Positions 25,700-37,075 of a stretch of 64,000 nt of DNA are shown piece by piece. The DNA is from Gordius albopunctatus (lineage: Eukaryota). The notes under the pieces were generated by a model. It saw nothing but the letters and a program-made list of their open reading frames with translations. It was not told the DNA's origin and ran no database searches. The first letter of the stretch is position 1, and every line of letters begins with the position of its first letter. Both the position numbers and the translations under genes were made by a program. The stretch spans positions 372,001 through 436,000 of the forward strand of contig OZ193909.1 in NCBI GenBank assembly GCA_964276515.1, in the 5' to 3' direction.

Positions 25700-26925
25700 A
25701 TAACCCACACCCTGGAGCGTCTTACTCCCCACCATGCTTTTTTTTCTCCTTTAAAACTTTCTCTTAATACCCAAGATTAACTATGCTTTACGCACTTCGC
25801 CCCTCTTCCTAAGCGTTAACCCACTCCACGCGATCGAAAAAAATCCAATTGTTAAATGAAAGGTGCCTAAACCTCAAATTTAGCCCTCTCCAATGGCTCT
25901 CCAAGCCACCCTTCCCTCCAAGAGTAATGGTATAGGTATCCGACCCCCCCCCCCCATTTACTTTCACTTGCAGGTTTCATCACATCCCGTTTATCAACGG
26001 ATGAGTTGGTCAAACAAATTACTCACACCCAAGACCCGCACCTCGACAGCGCCCTTCTGGCATGGGGAGACCACAAACTTGATTCCGCAACTCACCCAAC
26101 TGGAACCACCCAAAAGGAATGGGATTTACTATTGATAGCACGTTCCGTAGCTTATCTCACTTCGAACAACCTATCTTTGAGAAATCTCCACTTCAATTGG
26201 GCATCCTCCGGGGGTTACGAATGGCTCGAGGCCCTACCAAGCCAAAACCTAGGGTTACAGTTGTCTGGCGAGGAACTTCGAATAGCTGTAGGTCTACGCC
26301 TCGGCTGCGACATTGTGTCCCAATTCAACTGCGACCTCTGTCGCCAACCCGTTTTAGCAAACGGCCATCATCCTATACACTGTCAATTCAGCAAGGGGCG
26401 GCATCCCCGTCATGCCACAATAAATAAAATAATCGGACAATTTTTAAAGAAAGCCGGCTTTCCCAACTCAATGGAAACCACTGGCCTAAGCTCCACTGAC
26501 GGTAAAAGACCCGGCAGTGTAACGATCATCCCGTGGGCTCGTGGCCTAAACGCCTGTTGGCACTTCACTACAGTAGATATATTCGCCAAATCTAACGCCT
26601 CTCCCGACCTCATCTCTTCTACTGAGAGAAAGAAAGTGTATAAATACAAATACCTCAGCAATATTATTTTTGTACCAGTAGTAGCCACGACCCTCGGTAA
26701 TTTAGGTCCCGAGGGCAGCCAATTCCTCAAACAAATAGCAAAATTTATAACCTCCATCACACACGATCCCAAAGAATTTTTTTACATCAAGCAGAAAATC
26801 ACCATGGAAATCATGAAATCTAATACAATCTCAATCCATGACTCGATGCCAGCTTATTAATTTTATATATTTTAGCATATAATATACATAATTATTTGGA
26901 AATAAACTTTGATTGAATAAAAAAA
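25700..26925 (+). mobile_element. 3' portion of a CRE-like non-LTR retrotransposon (CCHC finger + restriction-like endonuclease)
   Basis: WLEALPS..LGLQLSGEELRIAVGLRLG, CDLC..GHHPIHC, RHATIN, KRPGS.TIIPWARG..WHFT (RPD/WD degenerate) and FVPVVATTLGNLG, with an A-rich tail after AATAAA. Confidence 0.75.
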
Positions 26926-27845
26926 ATTTTCAGGAATTAAAATAATAAATTAGCGAAGAATCGAAGTATTTCCCTTCATGTCTGCTTCGTATACGACTCT
27001 ATAAATTTAATGAGAAGCTTAATTTTTTATTTCAAAAAAAATGTAGTAAAATAGAACCAAATACATTAAGTTAAGTTATTTAAGTAATAGTTGAAATTTC
27101 CACCATCATTGCGGTTTATATAATTACTATCCGTTTTTTTGTCTTCTAAAAATTTTCAAAAAACTTTCGGGTTCGGGTTAAAACTTTTAAACTCGGGTCC
27201 GGGTCGGGTTGAAGGTTATGAATTTTATATTGCATAATAGACATATCTTTTAAATTAATGCTACTATATATGATATTTTATAATTAATATCGAAATGTAT
27301 GATTAATTTATCTCATACATTCATTTAAATTTATTTCTTTTAAGTTATATATCTGAATTTTGTAATTGCGCAATTTCGAACTCTGAAAAGTAGAATATCT
27401 CGATGGATGCTATAAATTATGATAAACATCAACATGTAATGGATCATTTTTCTTTTTTAAATATTAATGTCTCAACTTGTTATATCGCCCAACATATACA
27501 CTAGCTAGAATAAAATTAATTTATCATGATTATTCATTAAACGAATGATTAAAATGTATAAAAAACATTATTTTACAAAAATGATTAAAAAAATTAGAGT
27601 TTTTGGAAAAAATAATCAAATTTTCTCCTTTCATTTTCGCACAATATTGCCACAACCGTTATTGGCCTTAAAATCAAAATTAATTGACTCATTTTAATTA
27701 GAATATGAGAATTTTATATGTGAAATAATTGCGGGTTTGTTAATATTTTTGAGGCGATAATAATAACCACATTTAGGAGTGCCGCAATTAACTTAAAAGT
27801 ATATACTCTAATAAGGGCCATTTAAAGGCAATTTTAATTAGAGAC

Positions 27846-28138
27846 TGTAGTGTAGCGGCATTCAAGGTTGCAATTTGAATACACGCGTTTTTCCTATACT
27901 TGAGCGCGGTGACAGATAATTGAATATACCTTAGTTTACTTACACCGTACATTATCTCTTAATTGATTCCTACTTTTATATATGTCCTTCACTATGTGTA
28001 TATAAAGCCTTATCCATCCACCTAATAAAACAGTCTCTGTCTTTTGACTTAGTCTCTTGGTTTAGAATCGGAGTTAGTGTTATACGGGAGCCTAGTATAC
28101 AGGAGCTTAGGGTTCTACCAGCCGGCCACTTCGTTACA
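27846..28138 (+). mobile_element. Solo LTR
   Basis: TGTAG...TTACA termini, a 5-bp TSD GAGAC (27841-27845 and 28139-28143), an internal TATATAAA and AATAAA (~28024). Confidence 0.8.
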
Positions 28139-28799
28139 GAGACTAATTTGAACTATATATAATATACCTATCTTTTTTAGCATGTGACCAGAAAATGATA
28201 GACATATAACGTTTTGCCTTTTTTGCGAGATAATATTTTGTTGCCATTTAGAACCATTAAAATCAATTTTACAATATTAACTTTTTTTACTTTCTCGGGT
28301 CGGGTTCGGGTTGAAAACGCATTCGGGTCAGGTTCGGGTTGAAAAAAATTAAATGCTTTCGGGTCGGGTTGGAAAAAGTGACTTTGCAGGGCTTTAAGGC
28401 ACTGTATACAAAAAATTTTTACGAATGGGATTAAAAATGATTTTTATTAATATAGGAATGGAAAAAAACATTGAAAAATTTAATTTTATGGTTAAATTTA
28501 GCAGATATTTTAGGATATATATATTATACTTTATAATTTCAGGAATTAAGATAATAAATTAGCGAAGAATCGAAGTATCCCCCTTGATGTCTGCTTTAGC
28601 TGTTTGGCAGTCTATGTTATTATTAGTATATGGGTGTAACATTAAAATATTTCATATTAATAAGATAACATAAATTAACATTTAATAAGGGTCCTCATGA
28701 TTCAAGATTACCCATGTATAGTAATATGCAGAAGAAGATTTTACGGCAACAAAATCTACTCTTTTCTACATTACTTAGACACTTTAGATATGGGTAGTG

Positions 28800-30545
28800 C
28801 AGTGATGGGAAAACCCGGGGTTTTATAAACCCAAGGCTGAGGTTTTAGGTAATCCCCAACTAAAATTTTGGGGCTAGATCTAGCTCATACCCTTAGGTCG
28901 GAACAAATCACAAAACCCTGACAACCCCAAGGTCAGGTCACCTTAGGGTTTCCATTCATAAGATATGGTTTTTATCAGAGCTTAAATTTTAATTTTCGGG
29001 CGGACCCGGGCGGGCACGCTTTGATAAGATTCGGGCGATTCGGGCATAATTAAATTATTGTAGGGCTAGGGTAGGGTGTGACTTTCTATATAAAATGGAT
29101 TATTTTTGAAAATTTCTAGATCTTTGAATTGCCTGCCTTACGGTTACAGCTTCACTTTTAACACTTCAGAGGTCGGGTGGGGTTATAATGACTCCAAGCC
29201 GTTTAAAAATGCTGTACAAAATAAATTCGTTTGCTCTAATTATTATAGGCATAAAATTAAAAGCACTTGATCAAATAGGCAAATTAATATATTAACAAAT
29301 TTTGACAGGTTTATATTATAAAATATCTAAGTTATAGCTATTTAAATTTAGGGCTAATTATTACCCCAAATACCATCCGTGTTAACATTTTTGACGCAAC
29401 CTCTGAAGTGTTAACCACACTTATGGTAATAGGAAAAGCTGCACATTTTTTATCCCTCCTGTGGGTTCAACACAATTTGATTAGAAATGCTATTTACAAT
29501 TGCATTTTAGTGTGCTTCATTGATGAAATTAAAAAAACTATATTTAGTGTAAATTAAAAAATTTGTATTTTTTATATTTAATGGAGAAAGCTTAGCTTAG
29601 CAGCACCCCCCCCCCTTCCCTTTATTTAAATGAATTTGTATATTTCCTTTTACCTCCTTTGCATGTGCGTGCAGTCTAGACAAACATCCAATTTTGTCAC
29701 GATTGTAAGATTTTAAGCGGGAAAACACTTTTCTCATAAATCATTCCTTATTTAATATTTTATAATCTCTCTCTCTCTATTGTACCACCACCACGTTTGT
29801 TAAACCTTCAAGTGTAAAATATTACAAAAATTTAATCGTTTATTCCATATTCTCACATTATTTATTCCATTCAATTTCAAGTAACATTAACACCTTTTTA
29901 TATCCTAATGTCACTAAGCAATTTTTTTATTAAATTAATAATTATCATTTGTTTAGATTTAAAAAAAATTAAAATACTATTGTACCCTAATATCAATATA
30001 TAAAATAATAATATCAAATAAATACTCGACTATATTGTAATAATAAATGCAAATGCATTATTTAGGTTATCACGATCTGTAAACGATTTTAATTTAGATG
30101 AACGTGAGGTTGCGATCTGATATTATAGACGCAATTATATTTATTCATCATAGACAAAATCTGTGATTACAGTTTGTTTCATTAATAGCACTTTTATTTG
30201 TCGATTTAATCTTACACAGCAATTTCGCGCTCGAAAGTAATTTGTTTTAATAATTTTTCGGGTCGGGTTCGGGTTGAAGTTTTTAAAATGATTTCGGGTC
30301 GGGTCCGGGTAAAAAAATTGAAAATGATTTCGGGTTCGGGTTGAAAAAAAGTCACTTTGTAGTTCTCTATTCCGACCTAAGGGTTTGAGCTAGAGTTTGA
30401 ATCTAGCCCCAAAATTTTAGTTGGGGATCTTGGGGGACGGATGCGAAACCCAGGCTAAACCTGAAAAGGTTTTAAAACAACCTTACCTAAAACCTGACCT
30501 TGGGCAACCTAAGGTCCGCCCCACCTAAGGTTTTTCCCACCACTA
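28800..30545. mobile_element. hAT-type non-autonomous element with nested insertions
   Basis: TIRs CAGTGATGGGAAAACC / GGTTTTTCCCACCACTA, a degenerate 8-bp TSD GGGTAGTG / GCGTACTG, and an inverted subterminal block (28853-28902 vs 30370-30426). Confidence 0.7.
29162..29410. mobile_element. piggyBac-type MITE
   Basis: TTAA TSDs (29158-29161, 29411-29414) with TIRs CACTTCAGAGGT / ACCTCTGAAGTG. Confidence 0.8.
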
Positions 30546-30892
30546 GCGTACTGTTATATAAAATACAATAAAATAAGTAGTAAAAGGACGTGGATGAAGA
30601 AACACCCTCCAATTTTTTTACAAAAAATACAAATAAAAATTATTATTTTATGCAATTACTTACAAACAAAATGAGCGGCAAATAATTTTAGGATGGACAT
30701 CTTTATTTCTACCTATATAATAGAAACTTTTAAAAGTAGATTCAAACCTATAAAGTTTATGAATTAGATGCTTAGAAAAGTAGTCATAGCTTTTTGTCTT
30801 TATAATTAAACCTCTTAAATTCAAAAAAAAATCAGAAACTTTATTTAACATATGCAATTAACATTTCGACTTAGTTTGTCCACCAAATATTT

Positions 30893-31600
30893 GTGATATC
30901 GCGCTCCGTTGATTACCTCTTATCGAGTTGCGACGCCCGCCAGCACTTCAGCCTTAAATCTTTGGTTTTTGACGGATCGGGTCACGAGTGGCTAGAAGCT
31001 TATCCTAGTTCACTTTCTGGACTGATGTTGGAGGACACAGAGCTTGCATACTCCATCGCCCTCAGACTAGGAATTCCCTATTCAAAGGAATATTCCTGCC
31101 GCAACTGCTCCCAAAACGTAGACATTTATGCACCTTTACAATAAAATTAAATACACAAGGCACGAAAAAGTGAATAGCCTTATCCAAGCCGCTCTTAAAA
31201 AAGCCAATATCCCGTCCGTTTTAGAGCCGTCTGACCCTTCGTTAGAGGGAAGGATGCGACCAGACGACTCTACCCTCATCCCTTGGCAGCAAAATGGTGT
31301 ACCCCTTGAATGGGATTTCACCTGCATTCTAGCCAGAACTACAACGCTCTCACCCTCGCCCAATACCGCAAAGGGGTAAAATACCAGGCCACCCTCTAAT
31401 ATCTTTACCCCTATCGTTGCCCCCGACCTCTTGTTCTGCCACTTTTGGCTTTTTCAAGATATCAGCCGTCGCTGCCCGCCCTCTAAATATTCCACAAATT
31501 TTTTACTTAAACAAAAAATTGGTATTTTAATAGCAAAGTACAATCTAAAATCCCTGGCCGACAGCTGGCCACTTTTATTAGATGATACATGCGACGCTTT
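30893..31600 (+). mobile_element. Second CRE-like non-LTR 3' fragment, frameshifted
   Basis: SGHEWLEAYPS..LMLEDTELAYSIALRLG, CRNC, RHEKVN and RPDDSTLIPWQQ..WDFTC. Closely similar to the copy at 43993-45500. Confidence 0.75.
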
Positions 31601-31839
31601 TTAATTATAATTTTTTTTATTTTGTTTTATACCCGCTCTTATATTTTTCGAATCTTGACACTTCGTTTTTTTATAACGTTCTTACGCCCCTGCCCCCCCC
31701 TGTCTACGCCCATAGTCTATCATAAAGGATTTATATACATACGTAACATCGTCGGGAGGTTGACAAAAAAATTTAGATAGTTTCGCATTCGTTTTAGGAT
31801 TGTGTAACTGGTAAATGAATAGGAAAGAAAAGTTAAACT

Positions 31840-34094
31840 TCTTCTTCTTCTTCTTCTTTATCAGTTATTTGGTCCCACATTGGTGGGGTTTGTTTTGATG
31901 AGTCTCTTCCATCTTGACCGGGTTAGTGCCATGTCTTGACGAATCTCTTTAGTTTCCATAACTTTATCGACTTGCCTTTTCCACGTGACACGGGGTCGTC
32001 CTCTTCCTCTCTTCCCCGGTATTTTCATGTCTAGCACTTTTCGATTTACGTCATCCGGATCCCTTCTTAGTATATGCCCATACCACCTTAGCCGATTTTC
32101 GTTAATCATGTCCGCCATAGGTTGAATACCCATTTTTGTCATGAGAAAGTCATTCGTCATATGGTCGAGCCTAGTATACCCCAAGCTCCACCGTATCATT
32201 CTCATCTCCGTGGCTTGTAATAGCTTTCCTTCCGTGGTGTTTAATGCCCATGTTTCACTTCCATAGAGTAACACCGGTCTTACGATGGATTTGTAAGCTT
32301 TGCTCTTCAACCATATTGACATTTTCTTGTCGCACATTACACCGGATATACTTCGCCATTTAAGCCATCCTTTTTAAATCCGGGCATTGATTTCAGTTGC
32401 GCAACCTCCCTCTTGATGTAGCATAGGTATTCCATCTGGGCCATTTGCTTTTCCTTTTTGCATCTTGTTCATTTGTGTCCTAACTTCTTCTGAAAGAGTT
32501 CGACCATACTTATATTTGGCTCAATTTCGGGAAGGGAATCCTTGTCATTTGCAATATTCATAAGTTTCTTAAAATATCCTTACCACCTTTCCATCACTTC
32601 CTTCGGCTTGAATAAGGTTTGACCCTTCTCGCTTTTGACTATTTTAAGAACTCCGACATCTCGACTTTTCTTCTCCCTTATCTTGGCCAATTTGTACATA
32701 AGCCTATCGCCCCCTTTATGATCCAGTTTGTTTGCCATCTCGGTGTACGCAGCATTCTTCGCTTTTGCAACGGCCTTTTTTGCGGCCCTCTTTGCATCCC
32801 TCTACTCTTGATAATCCTCCGACTTTTTTGATTTATGCCACCGTCTATATAGATTTTTCTTTATTTCGATGAAATCTTTAACCGATTGATCCCACCACCA
32901 TAGTTCCCTATTCATAGCTTTGCCTCCTTTGGTCTGTCCTAGAACACGAATCGCTGTTTCCTTAATGTCCTTAGATAGCGTTTCCCAATCTTCGTCTACG
33001 TCCCTTTGCAACTTCCTTACATCCAAGAGTGAGAAGGCTTTTTGATGGTATTCTTCGTTCGTCGACGTATTCTTTAGCCTTTCGTTTCGAATTCGAGATT
33101 CATATACCTTTCTTCGTTCGGGAAATACTCTTCTGTCAAGATCCATAACAAGGGGACGATGTTGCCTGGCGATTTCTTCTCCCGGTATTACTTTGCAATC
33201 TTTGATACTCCATAAGTCCTTTCGCCGTATAAGCAAATAGTCGATTTGACTAAAATGCTTCCCACTTCTATAGGTTACAATATGATCTTCGCGCTTTTGA
33301 AAATAGGTGTTAACGATCGCCATGTCATATGCTTGGGATACTTGGAGAAGTTTTTCCCCTTCTTTGTTCTTCAGACCATGCCCATAGCCTCCATGATTGC
33401 GTTCATACCCGAGGCGATCTTTCCCTACGTGAGCGTTGAAATCGGCCCCAATAATTAGCCTTTCTTCCTGTCGGACTCCTTGTATTTCCTTTTCCAATGA
33501 TTCGAAGAATATGTCTTTCTCTGATTTCAAACACCCAATTTGGGGAGCATACGCGCACATAACGGTTAGGAGGCCCCCTTGATCCGCTATCTTCACCCAC
33601 ATTAGCCTGTCGGAACAACGTTTGACTTCCACCACCTTGTCCTTGAACGATTCGCTTAGAACGATACCGACCCCGTTTCTACGATTTGGTGACCCACTGT
33701 AGAAAAGCTTGTATCCTTCTCCTAATTCCCGAGCTTTCGTTCCGTTCCACCTCGTCTCTTGTAGGCAGGCGATGTGTACCTTTCTTCTTTTTAACATCTG
33801 TGCGACCTCGATGCTCTTCCCCGTCAACGTTCCCACATTCCAGCACGTAATTCGCATTCTTTCCACAACTAGTTTCCTTAACCGCCTTCGTTGTGAGTTG
33901 GGCAGTAACCCTAGTGTATTTTTCACATTGCACGGGCGGGGTATGCAGTGCGCGTCGTTTGTGGAGGACGCCCTAGCCTTTTCTTGTAAAATCTCGTTTG
34001 AAACTATCATAAATTTTGGAGTTGATTTTTATAGCCGGTTTCCGACCTGATGCCAACCCTCCACTTTTTGCACACGGACTTGGGACCGTCGTAG
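31840..34094 (-). mobile_element. RTE-clade LINE with APE endonuclease and internal deletion of the RT core
   Basis: APE motifs (TCWNVGTL, CLQETRW, AYAPQ, GADFNAHVG, SQIDYLL, QHRPLV) and an RTE C-terminus (RPVLLYGSETW, RLRWYGHILRR, GKRGRGRPRVTW). (GAA)n 3' tail and a 10-bp TSD AAGTTAAACT (31830-31839, 34095-34104). The sequence jumps from GPDGIP to the post-RT region near 32425. Confidence 0.92.
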
Positions 34095-35209
34095 AAGTTA
34101 AACTAAATCAGCAAAAACCTGTTATCCAGTTTTCTAAAGATTCTAGATGATTTTAAAACCATATTTTCCCTTCCTATTAATATCATTTTCAAATTAATCT
34201 ATACTTCTTCAACTGTAGGATAGGGTGCCATTTTATAACTAGGTGCTACGTTTCGTATTAATTTAGACATCTACTTAGGCAAATGTAGAACCCAGGAAAT
34301 TGCCTTTCTTTTAGCCGAGTTCAGTTATAGCCTGAAATGTTAGTTTTTTCTCCCAAAAAAATGATATTATTAAGCCCGATAGAGCCCTGGCCCTGCCCGA
34401 AGTGAGATTGATCCAAATCGTGGCTGAGCTCTGTCAAGTCTAAAAATAAATATAACAAATGATTTTCATTTTATATTGTAACCCTATACTTACAACAGTT
34501 AGTTTATTAGCAATATTTTTTTGGGCGTTTTAATACTCTGCCACTTTCTTACTTATGAATGAATGTAAAAGGTTTCTTTATGTAATATTGTCACCATTTA
34601 ACGTCAAATATACCCTTTTTCCCATGCTACTTTGAATGAAAAGTTATCAGTATTTATTCTTAACGTGTACTTATAATCACAAATAAATTTTTGGTTCCCC
34701 AATGGTATGTATGGATACTGCATAGTTAAAAATGTTAAGGACTGATATTTATTCACGTAAACTAGAGTGTGATACAAAAACACGACGACAAAACAAGTGT
34801 CCTGGCGTATATATCCAACGCCTTTATATGTTACAACCAATTAACGCTAATTTGATCGCCAACGCGCGTGTAAATAACATCAACACGCAGGTAACTATCG
34901 TATCCCTGGAGGTACTTTACCTCTCTACAGTTCCCCCCTTTTCACAAAGATAAGGCCTTAGGTAGCTTAGGGCCTGTCGTACCCGGCGTGGGTATCTAAC
35001 ATCAGGCGGGGCGTTGTTAAGCTCCGGATCCATGGGAGCGACACTGTGTTACCCCGCTCCTGTAGCGACACTGTCATTCGGAACCGTTGGCAGGGGACCC
35101 TGACTAAACGCCGTTGGTAAGGGCTCGCATCACCTGACCCGTTCGCGAGTGTTTCCCGTTGCGGCCAAAGATTTTCGTGTCCGCCCATTCTCCAGTCCAA
35201 TATTTTCCT

Positions 35210-36946
35210 TCATCTTACTTGCTCTAAATGTCGATGGTGGCTTCTCCCTAGGGCCTTAACGTCGAACGAGCGCGTCCCGCGCTTGGAAATAATGGTGCCC
35301 TCCACCCATTTATCTGGCTCCAGGAACATAAGCACCCACACTAGGTCTCCGACGTCGAACCCTTGCGCCCTTCTTGCATCTCTCCACTGGGGGGCGCTAG
35401 GTTCTCTTGATACTTCCCTTGACTCGTGCATCTTAGGTAGGTACTTTTTGTAGCGTAGCCTTGGACCGACTACTACTGTTGTACCGCGCGTACCCCTAAT
35501 CCACTCCCAGCGCTGCCGTAAAGTCCCATCGCTGGCGGTGTACTGTCGTATAACGTTCAGTGCGATGGACGCGTTCGCGGTATCCTCTAGTACCTCTTCG
35601 GTAACTTGGAACGCATGCTTGCTTGGTCGTCTCGCCACAACAATGACTGCCTCATCCTTACCCTTGATGGCAGCCATGGATCGACCTTGATCTTGGTCCG
35701 ATTTCGCGTTCCTAGAGCGAGGCTTATTGGGGTTGAGTGGGATTACAGCTTGTTGCTGAGACGAGGAGCCAGGATCCCTAGAAACCCCTTGCGGCGGTGC
35801 TACGCTGTTTGGTTGTTGTGGTAACTGACCCATTGAACCGGGTTGCTGTTGGTCGGGGGAGAAAACTGGGCCCGGCATTAAGACGTGTGGAAAAATCCAG
35901 CTACCGGGTGGCTTACCCATTGGGCCCCCACCGAAGGGAGGCATTTGACTATCTTGCATCCCGATACTCACAGGATCGCTAGGTCTCGGCTCTTTCGGGA
36001 CCTTCTCCTCGACGAAATTCACAACGTATTGCTCCATGACGGCTCGCGAACTCCATCGGGCTAGTTCCCATACGTCCTTTCCGAACTCTTTAATCCAGTT
36101 CGTCCCGAGTAACGGCGGTCCCTTCACATCCGCCACCAGCATCGACAGGCGCTTTCGGTTGGGAACCAGCCGGACATCGGCTGTTACGTCCCCGATAATC
36201 TTTATCCCCTCGCCGCCAAACGCATACACGGCAGGTGTCGAGTTTGCTTGCACGGGTAAGCGTTTCTTCCACACGTTGGCCGGTACAATTGTAACGGTGG
36301 ATCCCGTGTCCATAAGCAAAGTTATTAAGGTGTTATTGACAAATACATCCATAGTCATAATATCTAACGCATGGCCGAACCTGATCATACTCGGGCCCGT
36401 CCTCGTCGCGTCGACCGCAAATGCCTCGTCAACTGGCTTGTGCATTGTCCTCAGGCCCTCACCGATTGCCTCCCGACCTAGGGCGATCTCCACGTCCTTG
36501 TAACACTTGAGGTCCTTTTCGGCCATAAACGCAGCCTGCACCGTTGGGTCGTAGAGCCCTAAAATCAGCTGATCGAGTATTCTGGCCGATAATTCTCCGG
36601 GCTGAAAACCGCAGTCCTTTGACGCCTCTTTTAGCCTTCGGATATATCGTATGAGTTCTTCCTCGGGCATCTGTCTAATATTTCCGAACCGGAACCTTTG
36701 CGCCAGAGGGCCGGTCTGCCCCTTGAACACCTTCATTGCTCTCCTGGTCGCTTCTTCGAACGACCATTCGATCGGGTTATCCGGGTACGCGTCGTTCGCG
36801 ATAACCTTAAACGCCTCCGCCGATAACGGACTTAGCAACCTGCACGTTTTCTGGGTATCGTACGACGTCCCTGATTGTGCCTTGGTGTTGACCTGGAATT
36901 GCATTAGAAACGTTTCAATGGAATCTCCTAACCTGAATAACTCCAT
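35210..36946 (-). CDS. Gag-aspartic protease polyprotein fused via a P/Q/G-rich region to an integrase C-terminal-like domain
   Basis: Gag (RFRFGNIRQMPEEELIRYIRRLKEASKDCGF..ILDQLILGL) and protease (LMDTGSTVTIV..LLGTNWI). The C-terminus FDVGDLVWV..KWVEGTIISKRGTRSFDV..RHLEQVR is typical of Gypsy integrase tails. No YxDD, RNase H or DDE motifs. Confidence 0.8.
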   Translation of the reverse strand: MELFRLGDSIETFLMQFQVNTKAQSGTSYDTQKTCRLLSPLSAEAFKVIANDAYPDNPIEWSFEEATRRAMKVFKGQTGPLAQRFRFGNIRQMPEEELIRYIRRLKEASKDCGFQPGELSARILDQLILGLYDPTVQAAFMAEKDLKCYKDVEIALGREAIGEGLRTMHKPVDEAFAVDATRTGPSMIRFGHALDIMTMDVFVNNTLITLLMDTGSTVTIVPANVWKKRLPVQANSTPAVYAFGGEGIKIIGDVTADVRLVPNRKRLSMLVADVKGPPLLGTNWIKEFGKDVWELARWSSRAVMEQYVVNFVEEKVPKEPRPSDPVSIGMQDSQMPPFGGGPMGKPPGSWIFPHVLMPGPVFSPDQQQPGSMGQLPQQPNSVAPPQGVSRDPGSSSQQQAVIPLNPNKPRSRNAKSDQDQGRSMAAIKGKDEAVIVVARRPSKHAFQVTEEVLEDTANASIALNVIRQYTASDGTLRQRWEWIRGTRGTTVVVGPRLRYKKYLPKMHESREVSREPSAPQWRDARRAQGFDVGDLVWVLMFLEPDKWVEGTIISKRGTRSFDVKALGRSHHRHLEQVR

Positions 36947-37075
36947 GTCGTTTCTAGCGATTATTGAATTAGAAATGTTTCAATAGAATCTCCGCCTCCG
37001 AATAATTCCTTGTCGTTTCTAATGATTATCGCAATCCAATGTTTCACCCGAATCTCCTCTTCTGGATAATTCCCC
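36913..37075. repeat. Degenerate ~63-bp tandem repeat in the LTR element 5' leader
   Basis: About 2.5 copies of TTTCAAT.GAATCTCC....GAATAA.TCC.TGTCGTTTCTA..GATTAT. Confidence 0.65.

Larger units (their letters stand above)
19736..28614. mobile_element. Long (~220 bp) inverted-repeat pair, probable ends of a DNA transposon enclosing nested insertions
   Basis: 19736-19975 (TAGACCGCCGAACAGCT...GCAGACATCAAGGGGGACACTTCGATTCTTCGCTAATTTAT...TATCTGCTAAATTTAACCATAAA) is the reverse complement of ~28410-28614. An extra partial right-type copy lies at ~26930-26987. TA flanks both ends. Confidence 0.55.

Noticed and set aside
27167..30345. Repeated CGGGTCGGGTTCGGGTTGAAA units resembling a CRISPR or telomeric array
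   Set aside because: Irregular spacing near MITE termini marks them as transposon subterminal repeats; the context is eukaryotic and has no cas genes.
33246..36986. Many short alternative-frame or antisense ORFs within the RTE and LTR elements
   Set aside because: Expected shadows of GC-richer coding sequence, with no independent motifs.
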